From positions 69,616-133,615 of the forward strand of contig RDEW01000038.1 in assembly GCA_011109175.1 (NCBI GenBank): a stretch of 64,000 nt of DNA, read 5' to 3'. Origin of the DNA: Dicyema japonicum. Taxonomy: Eukaryota; Animalia; Dicyemida. Below the pieces are notes generated by a model. It saw only the letters and a program-made list of their open reading frames with translations. It was not told the DNA's origin and did no database searches. Positions 38,350 to 50,216 of this stretch are shown here, piece after piece (within the stretch, counting starts at the first letter, position 1; every line of letters begins with the position of its first letter). The translations under genes and the position numbers were made by a program.

Positions 38350-39780
38350 AAAAATGGTCTCATTGATATGATTATCCTGAATGACCTTAGTTACACAGGA
38401 ACCCCATTGAGGAGCACTGATAGCTACAAATCTCCAATTTAACCTTATGTTTTCCCCTCCTTAACAGGGCTTGCTTCATGGAATTTAAATTATAGGTTTT
38501 CTAGCGACAACAATCTTATCTTCTTAGGTTAAGAGGATTTCGAAGACGCCAGACACAGCAGACTGAAGTGAAAAAAATCAAGAACTTAAGGAAGGTTGAT
38601 TGGCCTGGCTTCAGTAACTTCGTTGACATAGAATTGGCCAAAGTACTTTCATCACAAATACATTCGGTAGATGAGGCCGCAAAAATTATCAATGTGAACA
38701 TTCAAAAGGCTGAAAATTTATTTATTCCTTTTCATCATATTCGAATTTTGTACCTACCCTCAATTCTCGGACACTTATACCCATGAAACGAAGAAATATT
38801 ATGAAACAATGCTTTCTGATGGATTTAAAATCTTTGAAAATTATCAGACAACTAAATAAAGTATCAACCAGAGCATAAAAGAGCACAAGGACAAATGATG
38901 GAGTCATCTGATCAATCGCCCTAAACGAGAAAAGTTCATCCCGTCAACTCTGAAAAACATTAAAAAAATTAAATCCGAGTTGGAAGATTCAAACGAAACC
39001 GGAAAGCCTTTTCCAGAACACAAGTGTTGTATACCCTGACCTACGCATGAAACATTTCGCTGCGATCAGCTTTGAAAAATTCTCGAAACACCTGGATATC
39101 AATGAGCGTATCCATAAACCGATAGGGGAACTTTCCCACGAAATATTCTCAGAGATTAACCTGCTGAAAAGCCTATTCGGGCTATTAAAAATCGGGAACC
39201 ATTTAGTAATAAAAAATTTACTCGAAATATATTTAGCCGTGCATTTCCTACGCTACGCCTCATGAGGGCCTTCGATTTCTTTGACTAATCGCGGCTACAC
39301 AAAAAAGTGCTTTTGGGATGACAGAGAAGTGGTCTACGGACTAAAAGAAAGTGATGCCGACACTTTTGGAGATCCTAATCAGAAGAAATAACTTAGGAGG
39401 CCTGATCCAACGTGTCCAGGAGAGAACCCGACCCAAACAAGCTTATAACGGTGGTCTTGGAATAAAAATGTAATTCAATTTCGCAGTACGTCGAGCCATG
39501 TATTCCCAATGCATGTTTTTCTGAGGCTCATTGATCTCTTGGGTTAATTCCTAGAAGATCGGGGCCGCACAGAAAAGGACATATAGAGTGACAGAACGGT
39601 GGATTTCCTGAAAGAAAGATCCACCACCGACATCTCAAGAGTCACTGATACGGATAAACAGTACGGGATGTTCGTTCTATCGGACAAATTTATGGGCTCA
39701 AGAGAGGATTACCGGCACTGTTGAGACGCGTTGGGATCACTTAGTTTAAAGTTATTTGCAATAGTCTTGTATTAATGATA
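38350..39780 (+). mobile_element. Heavily decayed Jockey/I-like LINE (APE end, linker, 3' remnant)
   Basis: NLRKVDWPGF linker; cagtacgtcgagccatg resembles F2; gggatcacttagttt tail-like motif. Confidence 0.5.
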
Positions 39781-42289
39781 AATATAAAATTTCTCTCAAC
39801 TCAGCTCATTACAAAGAAGGGCGAAAAAATTCCCGGCAAGAAAGCAATAAAAATATTTTGAGTCACGTTTGACTTTCTCGTGACTTTTGAACAACAAGCG
39901 AACAACGTGTTGCTATCCTGGAAAAGAAAACCCAACTTAATAAAGATGCTCCTTAAACAATAAAAGAATTCTTTCTCTGACGCTAGATTTCCTATATACC
40001 CTCTACATTGAAGCTATCGTCAGCTACTGTCAACTAGCCTGGAATATGAACATAGAAAAAATTCACTTAAAGAAAAATCAAGGTCTTCCAGTCCTCAGTA
40101 ATTATAACTCTCAAAAGTTTTCGTCTCCATAGTATAATCCAACCTCATTCAACCCCTAATAAGAAAAATAATTCGGGTAAATGCTTTCATTAGCGCAAAA
40201 CAGGATGTACTTTGAATCCCGTATGGAAAACTGTACGAAGACGAGGTGGTTGTCGAGAGATACCGGGATTCTGAGGCTGGACACCGAACGAAGATGACCT
40301 AATGTACTCTCAATAGTGATTCTTGGTATTTAAATAAATTTCAATTATGACTATTTGGTTCATTGTTATTTGTTTTAAAGAAATATTAATGCGTCAAAAA
40401 TTGAATCTCAGTTAAAAGGGTGCTTGTATTTTTTATATGCGTTCGTCCAGCGATATATCGTTTTCTGTAAGTTCCTTATAGGAAAAAAGAGAATCGATGT
40501 ACGGAGACCATCTCAAAAATTTTCCGGAAGGTGATGTGATAGTCGTTATTCATGAGATAATAGGAATGATTAAGTTTACTATTACAAAAATAATTAAATT
40601 TTGTCAGATTATAGTTACTCAAATTCTCTAGAAACTATAATGAACGTGTCTAGACACATTGTGACGTTTTTTAGAATGTAAAGAAATTAAAACATAAAAA
40701 ATAAATGCTCATAAAAGTACAATAGTAATGTGGGTCAGCCATGACTATCATTAAATACGGGAGAACGGGGCTTTCATAACGACTGCGAATAGCAATTTTC
40801 TGAGGAGATATCCACTGTCTCCTTGCACTTGGAGGATGATTTGTTATTAATGTCTCTGTTTATGTTTTGAGTAAAATAATATTCAATTAAATAAGAGCGA
40901 TTTTTTTAGAGTTATGGCCACTAATTTATGTAGGAAATAACATCGAGGATAAGGAACTACCTTCCTAGTGTTTTTGAAACTCCTCAGCTAAATATACAGA
41001 AGAAATAAGTAATAAGCATTTTTAAGTGCACCATAGTACTTAAAAAACATGTGCAACCCAAAGCACAATATTGAATGACAGTCTCTTTTACACTCCTCGA
41101 TTGTTGATCTCGTATAGTCCAGATCGTATGCGGTTTTCAATATTGGGTATAATAATTCAGCCCTTCTACCAAGAAGTAGTAATGTTTCCATTACTCATCT
41201 CAGCTAGAACTCACATTTTATTAAAGAAGTAAAGAGCTGTTGTGCTAATTAATTTGAGAAATCAGTGTTCTTAACTTTTTCTTTTTTTGTTTGCGTCTAT
41301 GTCCCTGAGCAATTCAGTTCATGATGAATCATTGATGCCGGGGTCACTCAATGATCCCATGTTGAGTGTGGTTGCTCTAGATAATTTAAGAATTGATTTT
41401 TTCAGAATAACAAAGAACACAATTGAATTTTGTCTATAAAATTTTAAGTACCCAAAAATCAAAAACCAAATAGTATCTTTATCACCAAGGCAATGGCAGC
41501 ATAAAAGCATATTTTTTATATAGTTGAGCATTCAGTATCTTATACATACAATGAATCCACGCAAATTGGACATTTTTTTGTAATTTTGTGGCCAATTTGA
41601 AAAAAAATAAAATCAATAATTCTGAAAAAATCCACGCAGCTGGCTTCCTCAATTAACATTTGTTTCTTTGTTAAATAATTGTCTTTAAAAAAATTTATAT
41701 TTAAAAAATTAACAAAGTATTTTTTAGAAAATTTCATTATTTGATGTCTTCAATGTTAAAAATCTTCAACTTTTAAAGGATCGAAAATTGTTCTTTCGAT
41801 TGCTGCATTATTAGTATCAATTTCATGATTTTCGTTGTTTGAGTTAATCAAAACTCTGAAACTATTCCTGATTGTCTCGCAAGATGCGTCCTCCCCAGCC
41901 ATTTAAAAACACCGTATCGTTTAAAGTCAATTTATGTAAGAATTGTATACCGAAGTAATATGAGTTTCCAATAAGTCCGTCAAATAAAGTCGCTTGCGTC
42001 TGGTAAAACAAGTTTCGAAATTTTTGATAATTTCAACATCCACGGGTTTGTGCAAGGCAATGGTCAACCACCAAGAAAATTGATCTTTCGATATGATACC
42101 TTTAGACTCTACTATCTATCAACTTCTCTTCAAGCTTCAGACACTTTGGTTTGTGCTAAAAGGACGACAAAATACGGTTGATATTTTTTTAGAATCTTTC
42201 AAAATAGTGGCTTTCTTCAGTAAAAGATTATTTATTGTTTTTCTCGATATCTTATTTCGAAACAAGTGGGAGAATATTTCACCTAAACA

Positions 42290-42408
42290 ATTTATTACGC
42301 AACAAACAATCAAGATAATCAGCTGAAATAATTGAGTGGGTGTTTCCCATGACAACTGCCAGAGAAATCATTTGGAATAGCCACTCGGTTACCCGACGCT
42401 CGTTACTC
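42290..42408 (-). repeat. Full F5 structured repeat
   Basis: Reverse complement is highly similar to 50217-50340. Confidence 0.85.
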
Positions 42409-42602
42409 ACTTTTGTAATCATAGACCCAAGCGATCATAGAATGGAAACCGTCTTCGCCGAAAACTGCGCGCTTCACGACGACAACGGCGAGGATTCACT
42501 GTCTTAAATTAAATTAATTCCAAAGACCACTGTTAAACCGAAAAAATTAACTAATATTTAATTTTTTTTATTTTTAAGTTATATTAATAAAAATTATTTT
42601 CT

Positions 42603-43385
42603 ATGGTTTCTTCATTGCATGAAAAATATGATATAAAGTTACTTATCAAAGTTGCATTTAATTGTGAAAGATTTGATGGTAGTGGATTAAAAATATATCC
42701 CAGATGTCTTCCAGCTGTTGACTGCATTACTCCCAAAAGAGTTCAAAGGACAGTTGGATTATGATTTAAGGGAGATTTTCGTTACGACGATAAAAAAACT
42801 AGTGATTCCACTTAAAAATTCATTACGAATTCTTGAATCTGATAATTCAATAACTGATCCTATCTACATCGCAACGGTGGCGGAGGTCATTGAATTAGTA
42901 TTTTGTTCATTCCTGGTAGTGTCGTCTGCGGTTGGATGCATATTGCACGTTTGCCTGTCAGAAAGCTGCTTTATTGGTAGAAAACGCTACTTCCGCAGAA
43001 TCGTCAGTGATTTATTACAAAATGTAGGAATCTGTCACATTATAGGATTGGGGACCATTCACGTCACTTGGCGGAGATGAGACATAGCCCTGAAAACGTT
43101 GAACAGAGTAAACAAGCTTATTCCAAAGCCCTGGAACACTCAAAATCAATCCCACAATACGGGACTCTTCGATTGGGCCTAATTCTTAATTATTCGGTTT
43201 TCTGCTACGACATCTTGAACGACGAGGACATGGCGATAAAACTAGTCAAAGAGCCAGTAGAGGACGTTTTCACAGGCAACATCACGGAAAAACCTAAAAT
43301 TTCCATTACAACCGAACAACTACGTATCCTCGAACAACTAAAAGACAATTTAACCCTTTGGACTCAAAAAAATAATAAAAATTAG
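42603..43385 (+). CDS. Highly divergent 14-3-3 protein
   Basis: CERFDDV, IKKLVIPLKNSLRI, AESSVIYYKMIGDHSRHLAE, LRLGLILNYSVFCYDIL, LKDNLTLWT; introns of 25, 22 and 22 nt. Confidence 0.85.
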
Positions 43386-43418
43386 TTGATTTAATAAACA
43401 AAGAAGAAATAACATAAA

Positions 43419-44418
43419 TCAGCCTAAAACCAAGCCGAAGCCAAAATGGTATTTGCTCGTCATATGTGAGAGTACAGCGGAGAAGACCAATGTGAATGGC
43501 ATCGGAGACAGCTTCTTCTCCATTGTAGCCCCAACAGTCATTTCGGTATCAACCAGGCCTAAATTCTATGACTAACACAACCTTTGAAAACATAATCTGA
43601 CTTAGCATCCTCCACCTGATATACCAGGGATGTCCGTGAGTCCTTGGATCGCATCGAGGACTCGTGCATAAGTCCCACATGTACAGAATCGGCCAGTTTG
43701 GTAAAATAGGAAAATTGGTATGCCCCAACTAAGGGACTAATAACCCCCGAAATGTACCAAGATGGTGCTAAAGTCACAAAGCATAAATACCAGTATATTT
43801 GAGAGCAAAGGAGGGGATAAGAGAGGGAGCCATGGGGGAACTGGGGTACCTATAGAGCCCCCTCGACTCCCGCAAAAACACGACCAAACATTTTAAGCAT
43901 ACACTGTCCAATCAGAGTTCCCCGTCCGTTAACGACATCAATGTCCCCAGCTGCTGCTGTGAGAGAAACGTAGGGATTTCTATACTCAGCCGAATACTGG
44001 ACAGTAAGCCAGCGGTATTTCTCAACCTAAAACTCAGCCCTTTCTTATTTACCAAAGCCATAAGTCGCAATTTAACATTAGAAGTCAGTTGGTGGATAAT
44101 ATTCGCACTCAAGTCACCGGATGGGGACATTTCCCCAACAAGCACTGGGTAGGCCTCAGTGGGAGATATTTGTTTGGTCCCAACATATGTGGAACCAAAT
44201 TTATAGCCCGTATTTTTCCCACTACTCATGATAAAGGAGTGACTCAGTTGAAAATGGTTGCTCAATCCTTTATTTGCGATAAGTTTAAATCCCTCAAAAA
44301 TATTAGGCGTTATTTCTGGGAATTTATACAACATGGAACCTTTGTTTCTTCTGTTTATTTCCTCAAAAGTACAAGGTCCGGAAGAAACATCAAAATCGCT
44401 TTGGCCACCAAAAGACAT
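43419..44418 (-). CDS. TOMM40: Mitochondrial import receptor Tom40
   Basis: PCTFEEI, FEGFKL..NKGLSNHFQLSH, YKFGSTYVGTKQ..EAYPVLVGE, VGATMEKKLSPMPFTL, FGFGL; tiny introns. Confidence 0.93.
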
Positions 44419-44624
44419 GTGCTAACTATTTTCTTGTATTTTAAATAATACTGTCCTAAATTTATTTTTTTAATAATAAACTTTAAAATTTTTATCAAAG
44501 TTATCACGTATTTCCAGCGACGATGCGAACAAATATAGTGCATTGGATCCCGGAAATACATCGAATCACGGTAAGTAGGTTACTGAGATGGATTACCTAT
44601 TGATAGTTTCTTTCTCTTAATACA

Positions 44625-45915
44625 TAGTGGTGATTATTGGGTTTAAAAAATTAAAAGTTCTCAAAGCATCCGTGCTGGCAAGTTCTCTTATACAGTGCTC
44701 TCAAAAAATGCTACAAAATACGAAATTCCACAAGAAAATTCTTGAATCCTGCACAATTTTTCCTAAAAAAATAATTTATGCTATTAAATTATTGATTTAT
44801 CCCAATTCAGAAACCTGGAAAGGAAAGGAAATCTAAACAGTCTACGCCAGATTGCACTAATGAATACGATTAGGAAAATGGTTGTGCCTGATCGTATTTA
44901 AGGCCCTGTAAATTAGTTTTTGAACCAAAGTCAAAGTGGATTCAGTCCTGGAAGGTTGTATGTGCCAGAAACACAAAGAAGAAATCTCAATCCTTGGAAT
45001 TGGCCTATCCCGTACTTTCGACACTATCAATCACAACACCATAGGGAGACTCGTTATCCTCAGTCCTATTCACAATATACCTGGAGACCCCTCCGGGAAA
45101 AGAATTGTTTCACTAACGCGATGGAAGTAATCTACGTCGACGATATTGATTTCGTCTGCCGGGATAGTGATACGCTGGAAACTATACTATAAGTGATCCC
45201 TCAAGGTTGGAGGACTGGTCTCTGGTAGTAAACGCAGACAAAACGGAAAGAACTATTATATCCCGTTGCACGACGAGAAATGAGGAAAAGTGGAGATCAT
45301 GCAAGAAAGTTGGATCTCTCCTTGGGGACTCGGAGGACGTTATTCACAGGAAAGTTTTGGCGATTGCTTCTTTCAAAAAATTGTGGGCGATCTGGATTCG
45401 GCGAAAGTACATAGGCACTCGCCTTGGAATTTTGTTGTACAACTCCTTTATCGAACCAATTCTACTTTACAACCTGGGGTCTAACCACCAAAGAACTGGA
45501 GAAGCCTAACTCTTTCCACAGGAACAGCTACGACTTCTCCTGAGCATATACTGGCCAAAATGGATGACCAACGACGAGCTCTACAGAATCACTCAAACAT
45601 CACAGATTGGGAATAAAGTGACTTAGGCGAAATGGCAGCTCTTTGGACATGTCCTAAAAGCTTCGGAAATGGCACCGGTCAATCAGACCATGAAATCATA
45701 CTTCTCTATATTAAACAAAACAACGTATCGAGGTCGACAAAGAACTCGTGTATAGGAAAAAAGTTGAAATTGAGAGAGGATCTGGATGATCTGAAGGCGG
45801 TTGCGAGAACCAGGGGAGGATGGAAACGACTTTCAGCTGGTATCCTGAAATGCATGGCAAAAGTGGAACCTCAAATTAATTAACTTTTCTAGTTCCGTGG
45901 ACATTAATAATAATA
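44625..45915 (+). mobile_element. Degenerate RTE-like LINE RT and 3' end
   Basis: QKPG, QSGFSPGR, GIGLSRTFDTI, YVDDID, VNADKTE, KKVGSLLG, WQLFGHVL; (TAA)n tail. Confidence 0.8.
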
Positions 45916-46254
45916 CTTCTTAAATGTGTTCAAGTTAGTTTTGAAGACTTGTAATGAAACATATCCGGGATCTTACGACCAGAATCACTTTCTTGTTACG
46001 TTCCATCGGATCCTTGATGACAAAAAAGTAGGTACAACTGAGAGGAGGGATGGCTGATAAGCCCATTTCCACACAAATCGTAAGAGGGAATGAACTTGGG
46101 TTGCTTTTTGATTTGTAATCCTTATATTAAAATGCAAAAAAATCAAATTAGAAATTTTTCAAGCGAAAGAATTAAATTTTCTTTTCCAGGGTGATTTAAA
46201 TCGTCACATAAAGATTATAAAATCAAAATTCCACATTGATCCATTATGATTTAG

Positions 46255-46325
46255 TATCGTGGTTAGTGTAAAGAGTGTCGGCAAAACGCCTGATGGCCCC
46301 CAATTTGAATCTCGCTGCCTTCTAT
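46255..46325 (+). mobile_element. S1 SINE head only
   Basis: gcctgatggcccccaatttgaatctcgctgc matches 62895-62927. Confidence 0.55.
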
Positions 46326-46629
46326 AAAGCATTCCCAGAGAGTTTCTATCGATCTTCGATAATTTTCTCTGATAATTTTTTAATATTGTAAAATGCCACA
46401 ATCTTTTGATTCATGTCCTTGCTTTCCAAATGACGGTCCTCAGTTGCCTTTAATGGAACGCTTCCATTTTGGAAATTTCAATTCCGAGTATCTCCTAGGT
46501 AGGAATCGAACCCAATGAAATCCAAGCCACTAACTACCTGATCACAACTGATCTCCATTTTCAGGTTGTCTATTCACTTAATTTATTACAAAATTAAAAA
46601 ACTCTCAGATTCCTGGTTTTCAATATTTA

Positions 46630-46942
46630 ATTTAATTTATTAATCCCGGATACACCGAGAAAGAAGTTAAAGTAAACAACTAATTAAGTGTATCCAGTTT
46701 TCACTTCTACAGAGTCCATCCTGAATCAACATAAAGGGTAAGACGTCCATACTTGCAGTTATGGAAACCCCTTTAGTGGAGTGGAGGAGAGCTAATGATC
46801 CTTTTTCGTGTCAGCCAGGCACTGAGCGCCACCTAGACAAGTGGATCACGTGACGCCAATCTAATAGAAAGAGAGAGGTGGTACAGAAAAGCAAACAGAA
46901 AGCTTCAACTAATTAGCCACGCAGCACCACATGGCGCCACGC
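46630..46942 (-). mobile_element. Full-length F1 element (head, pyrimidine tract, four-helix module, 3' hairpin)
   Basis: Begins GCGTGGCGCCATGTGGTGCTGCGTGG, which differs by one base from the F3 head at 54734. Confidence 0.85.
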
Positions 46943-47384
46943 GGCTCAATCTAAACTGATTTGTACTGACGATATTCAAAATATAACCAGTTGACCAATT
47001 AGTATATTACGGATGGAAGGTCTATCAGTTCTGAAAGAAATTTCTTGATTTTGAAGGTACTTTCGAAAAAATCACTTGAAATGTGAATGAATTGTGGAAA
47101 CTTAGATTGCTTAATTAATCTGCTTTAAATACTCACTTTCAGGGCAGTCTAAATGTTAATAAAGCAGAAAGTCCTTGTTTTGAGCATCAAGCACTCATTG
47201 TGATATTAATAGACTAAGGAAGTCGAACAAACATAAGGAAGTTTCGGATTCTTTAAAAACGGAGACGGCATAAATTTATTGATAATATTAAAATGGTTGG
47301 ATTGTTGTATTATTATAGAATATTAATTACGATCTCAATAAAAAATTTGAATTTTATTAATGAAAATAATTAAGATAATTAATT

Positions 47385-47540
47385 AATACGGCCATCCATC
47401 AAGAGGTGACCCCGCCGACATTATCGACGTTGCGTTGCCTCTCACGATTGCAACAGAGATTAACTGGAGAAGCCACTGGGTCTCAAGTTCGTCGTGGCTT
47501 TTTAGTGTAGCTAAGCGTCCAAGTTTCTTTAGGAAGCGGA
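47385..47540 (-). mobile_element. CRE-like 3' end
   Basis: LISVAIVRGNATSI terminal motif. Confidence 0.6.
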
Positions 47541-48044
47541 GCCTAATAAATATATTACAGTAATGATGGGACTAAAATAATTACCCCCAAGTAATAATTC
47601 TATTAATATTAGATATCCCTTGATTACAGGGAGTTGAATATTCAAGCAATTGCAGATCAGCAAGAGAAAAATGTTAACTTAATGCTTAATAGACAGATGC
47701 CACCTCAAAAAGAGGAAAGACCGCCACCTACGCCCAGATTTAAAAGAAAGTCATTTCTGTCGGAATTTTCGGTGACAAGTATTCTCCCAAACATCCACTT
47801 AAAACTCTTATTGAAGTGAATAATGCTGAAAGTGGCGAAAATACCACAAATAATGAAACCACTGTATCTAAAGCATCCAAAAAACGAAAGATCAACAAAT
47901 ATTCTCCAAAAAAGAAAAAAAACAAAAATGAAAACAATAAAAACACTAATAAAACTAAGAGAAAATCTATAAATGAAAAATCAAAAATTTCAAAGAAATC
48001 CAATATAAATAAAAAATAAACTCATGTTGCGAAAAATTCGATGC

Positions 48045-48262
48045 CAATAGGGTTTGACGAGTGACGCCGTCATCAGTGGATACTCATTACGGAACTAAAT
48101 TGTCTAGAAAGGACCCACACACACAAAAAAAGAAGTGAAGATCATTCCTTGGTTCTACGATTAGTTAAAATTAACTGTTCTTTACTTAAATAAAGTGTGT
48201 GTCCTGTCTATGCGGAGCTATAAAATATTATGGCTCTCATGAAAAGGCTGTTATTATTATTA
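48045..48262 (+). mobile_element. S1 SINE 3' two-thirds
   Basis: Near-identical to the reverse complement of 24797-25000; RTE-type tail. Confidence 0.85.
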
Positions 48263-48954
48263 TGAGTGAGTGGTTGACACCTCTCAAATAATGTCTATGT
48301 CGTTTTCTCAGTCAGTCTATTCTACCCCTTCACACTTGTAACTTTCAAATCGGAGGACTCGCTTCGAATACTAAACAGGAGACCATGGATGGATTCCTCG
48401 ATGAACTGCGAAGACATGCGAGGAGGATAGTTGCATAGAGAAAACTGATAGAACAAATAATGACGAGCGCGGCACAAGCTGAACCCTAAGTATTTATATG
48501 CTTATGGGCAACTCGGGAGTGCATTTAACGGCGAATAACTATGCAGTTAGGGTGTGGTCTTCTAACTCTAATTTTTTGTTTTCAAAACCAAAAATGTTTT
48601 CCCCAAAAATAGTAAATTTTTGTGTCTGTCCACAATATTGGTTTTTAAGTTTTTTTAATACACGATCCTGAAATTATTATTTTTAACACATGAGCGATGG
48701 GGTTTTAGGAGTTATTATTGCAGCTCTTACGGTGTGAAGTATAAATGTTTTCATTGCTCATCTCTCATTCGGTAGAACTTGCACTTCATTCAAGAAGTAA
48801 AGGACAGTTATGCTAATCAATCCAAGACATCGAAGTGTTTTTTTACTCGAAAATTAAAATCTGTATTAAAAGTTGTTTTAATTATTAAATGTTATAATAA
48901 AAAATATTTAATAAAATTATTTTCTCTGTGGTTATTCCAATAATTAATAAACTA

Positions 48955-49585
48955 ATGAGGAAAAAGCGGTCAATTTGTGAATGCTGCAAAAGTAAAGACT
49001 ATAAAGAAAACATGTTGGTATGCACTGATTGTCACATTTCATGTATATATTACCCCTATAATCATGCAGACCATCCTCGATGTCTTAATTACTCTGAGGA
49101 ACTAGCGAATAACGCAAAATCTGTTCCTTGGCAGTGCTTTCCGTGTAAATCCTGCGTTGTTTGTCTTGACGAAAGAAATGATTCGAGAGATTTACTTGTT
49201 TGTGATGGATGTGATTTTGGGTATCATATTAACTGTCTTAATCCCCAAATTTCGAGTCCTCCGACTGGTATGTTGTCTCTATTCTTTAGGCGTTTGGCTC
49301 TGCAAAAATTGTGATGATAAATCTACTGATGAAAGAAAATTTGATTTGGATGTCACTCGTTGGTCGACGGATGAGGTAGCCTCGTGGGTGGCCAGTCTTG
49401 GATTTCCGGATGCCGCAAATCACTTTTTGGATCAAGAAATAGATGGCCCAGCTTTGCTGTTTATTAAAAGAGATGACGTTCTTAAGAGATTGAACTTGTT
49501 GTTGGGACCAGCGATCCTAATATATGATCAAGTTATGCTTCTCCAAAAGCGATATTTTAATAGAAGGATTAAGAATTTCACATAA
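48955..49585 (+). CDS. Tandem PHD (DPF-type) plus SAM domain protein
   Basis: CECC..CTDCHISYHPRCL..WQCFPCKSCVVC..LVCDGCDFGYHINCLNP..PPTGVWLC; SAM WSTDEV..EIDGPALL..LGPA; introns of 27 and 22 nt. An upstream exon is not excluded. Confidence 0.85.
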
Positions 49586-49869
49586 AATCCTTAATTTTTT
49601 CGTACTGATGAATAGATTTTATCAAACATATTTTTGTTTTACATATTACTTTTTTGTGATCCAACATTACTCCTGGTCACGTTAGTTAATGCTTCCAGAT
49701 CCATTCTCATGTGTCCAAGGAACCTCCGTCAAACTTCCGAACATTTCCTGTCATTTGAAATCCATACTTTTTGTTTTGATATTTTTTATTATAATATTTA
49801 TTTACCCCCCACCCTCTTCAAGTGAAGGAAATTAATTTCTAACAGAAAAAATAACAACCAAAAGCCGAT

Positions 49870-50110
49870 TCTCCCAGAGATCACTATTGCTCTCATAATT
49901 GAGAACGCATTTCCCTTGACGATTTTCAGGAAATGCCCTCAATGAGCCAGCTCCTTTCTTTCCTATCATTTTTCCTCTTTGCGTCTGGAATGGTCAGTGA
50001 CCGGTCCTATGATTTCTGATGTTTCCACGGCGACTGGTTCAAAAATGAACTCTCAACGAGACCTTCATATTTCTAAATTTTTAGGGTTTTAGCCATTTCC
50101 GAAGCAGAGT
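49870..50110 (-). mobile_element. CRE-like 3' end
   Basis: FIFEPVAVETS...QGKCVL-type end matching 3540-3706. Confidence 0.7.
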
Positions 50111-50216
50111 CTGGGTTAGGTTTTTTTAGAATTGCTTGAAACTTCCAAAAATGTATATTTTAGTTAAAATGTTCAACAAATAAGAAATTAGCTTGGATCA
50201 ATAATATCGAAATTAA

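Noticed and set aside
41290-42250. P-element/THAP9-like transposase remnant (KKCPICVDSL), plus a Gypsy RNase H-like peptide at 40988-41191 and a hAT-like peptide at about 55150-55350
   Set aside because: Only short, weak motif resemblance, without catalytic residues or TIRs; cannot be supported without a profile search.
46480-46560. tRNA gene on the minus strand (gggttcgattcc B-box); a similar weak signal lies at about 9165-9215
   Set aside because: No cloverleaf could be folded by eye; probably decayed tRNA or SINE heads. tRNAscan-SE would settle it.
47634-48019. Lys/Asn-rich ORFs as a gene
   Set aside because: Low-complexity A-rich sequence with no recognisable domain or splice pattern; possibly an ORF1 remnant.
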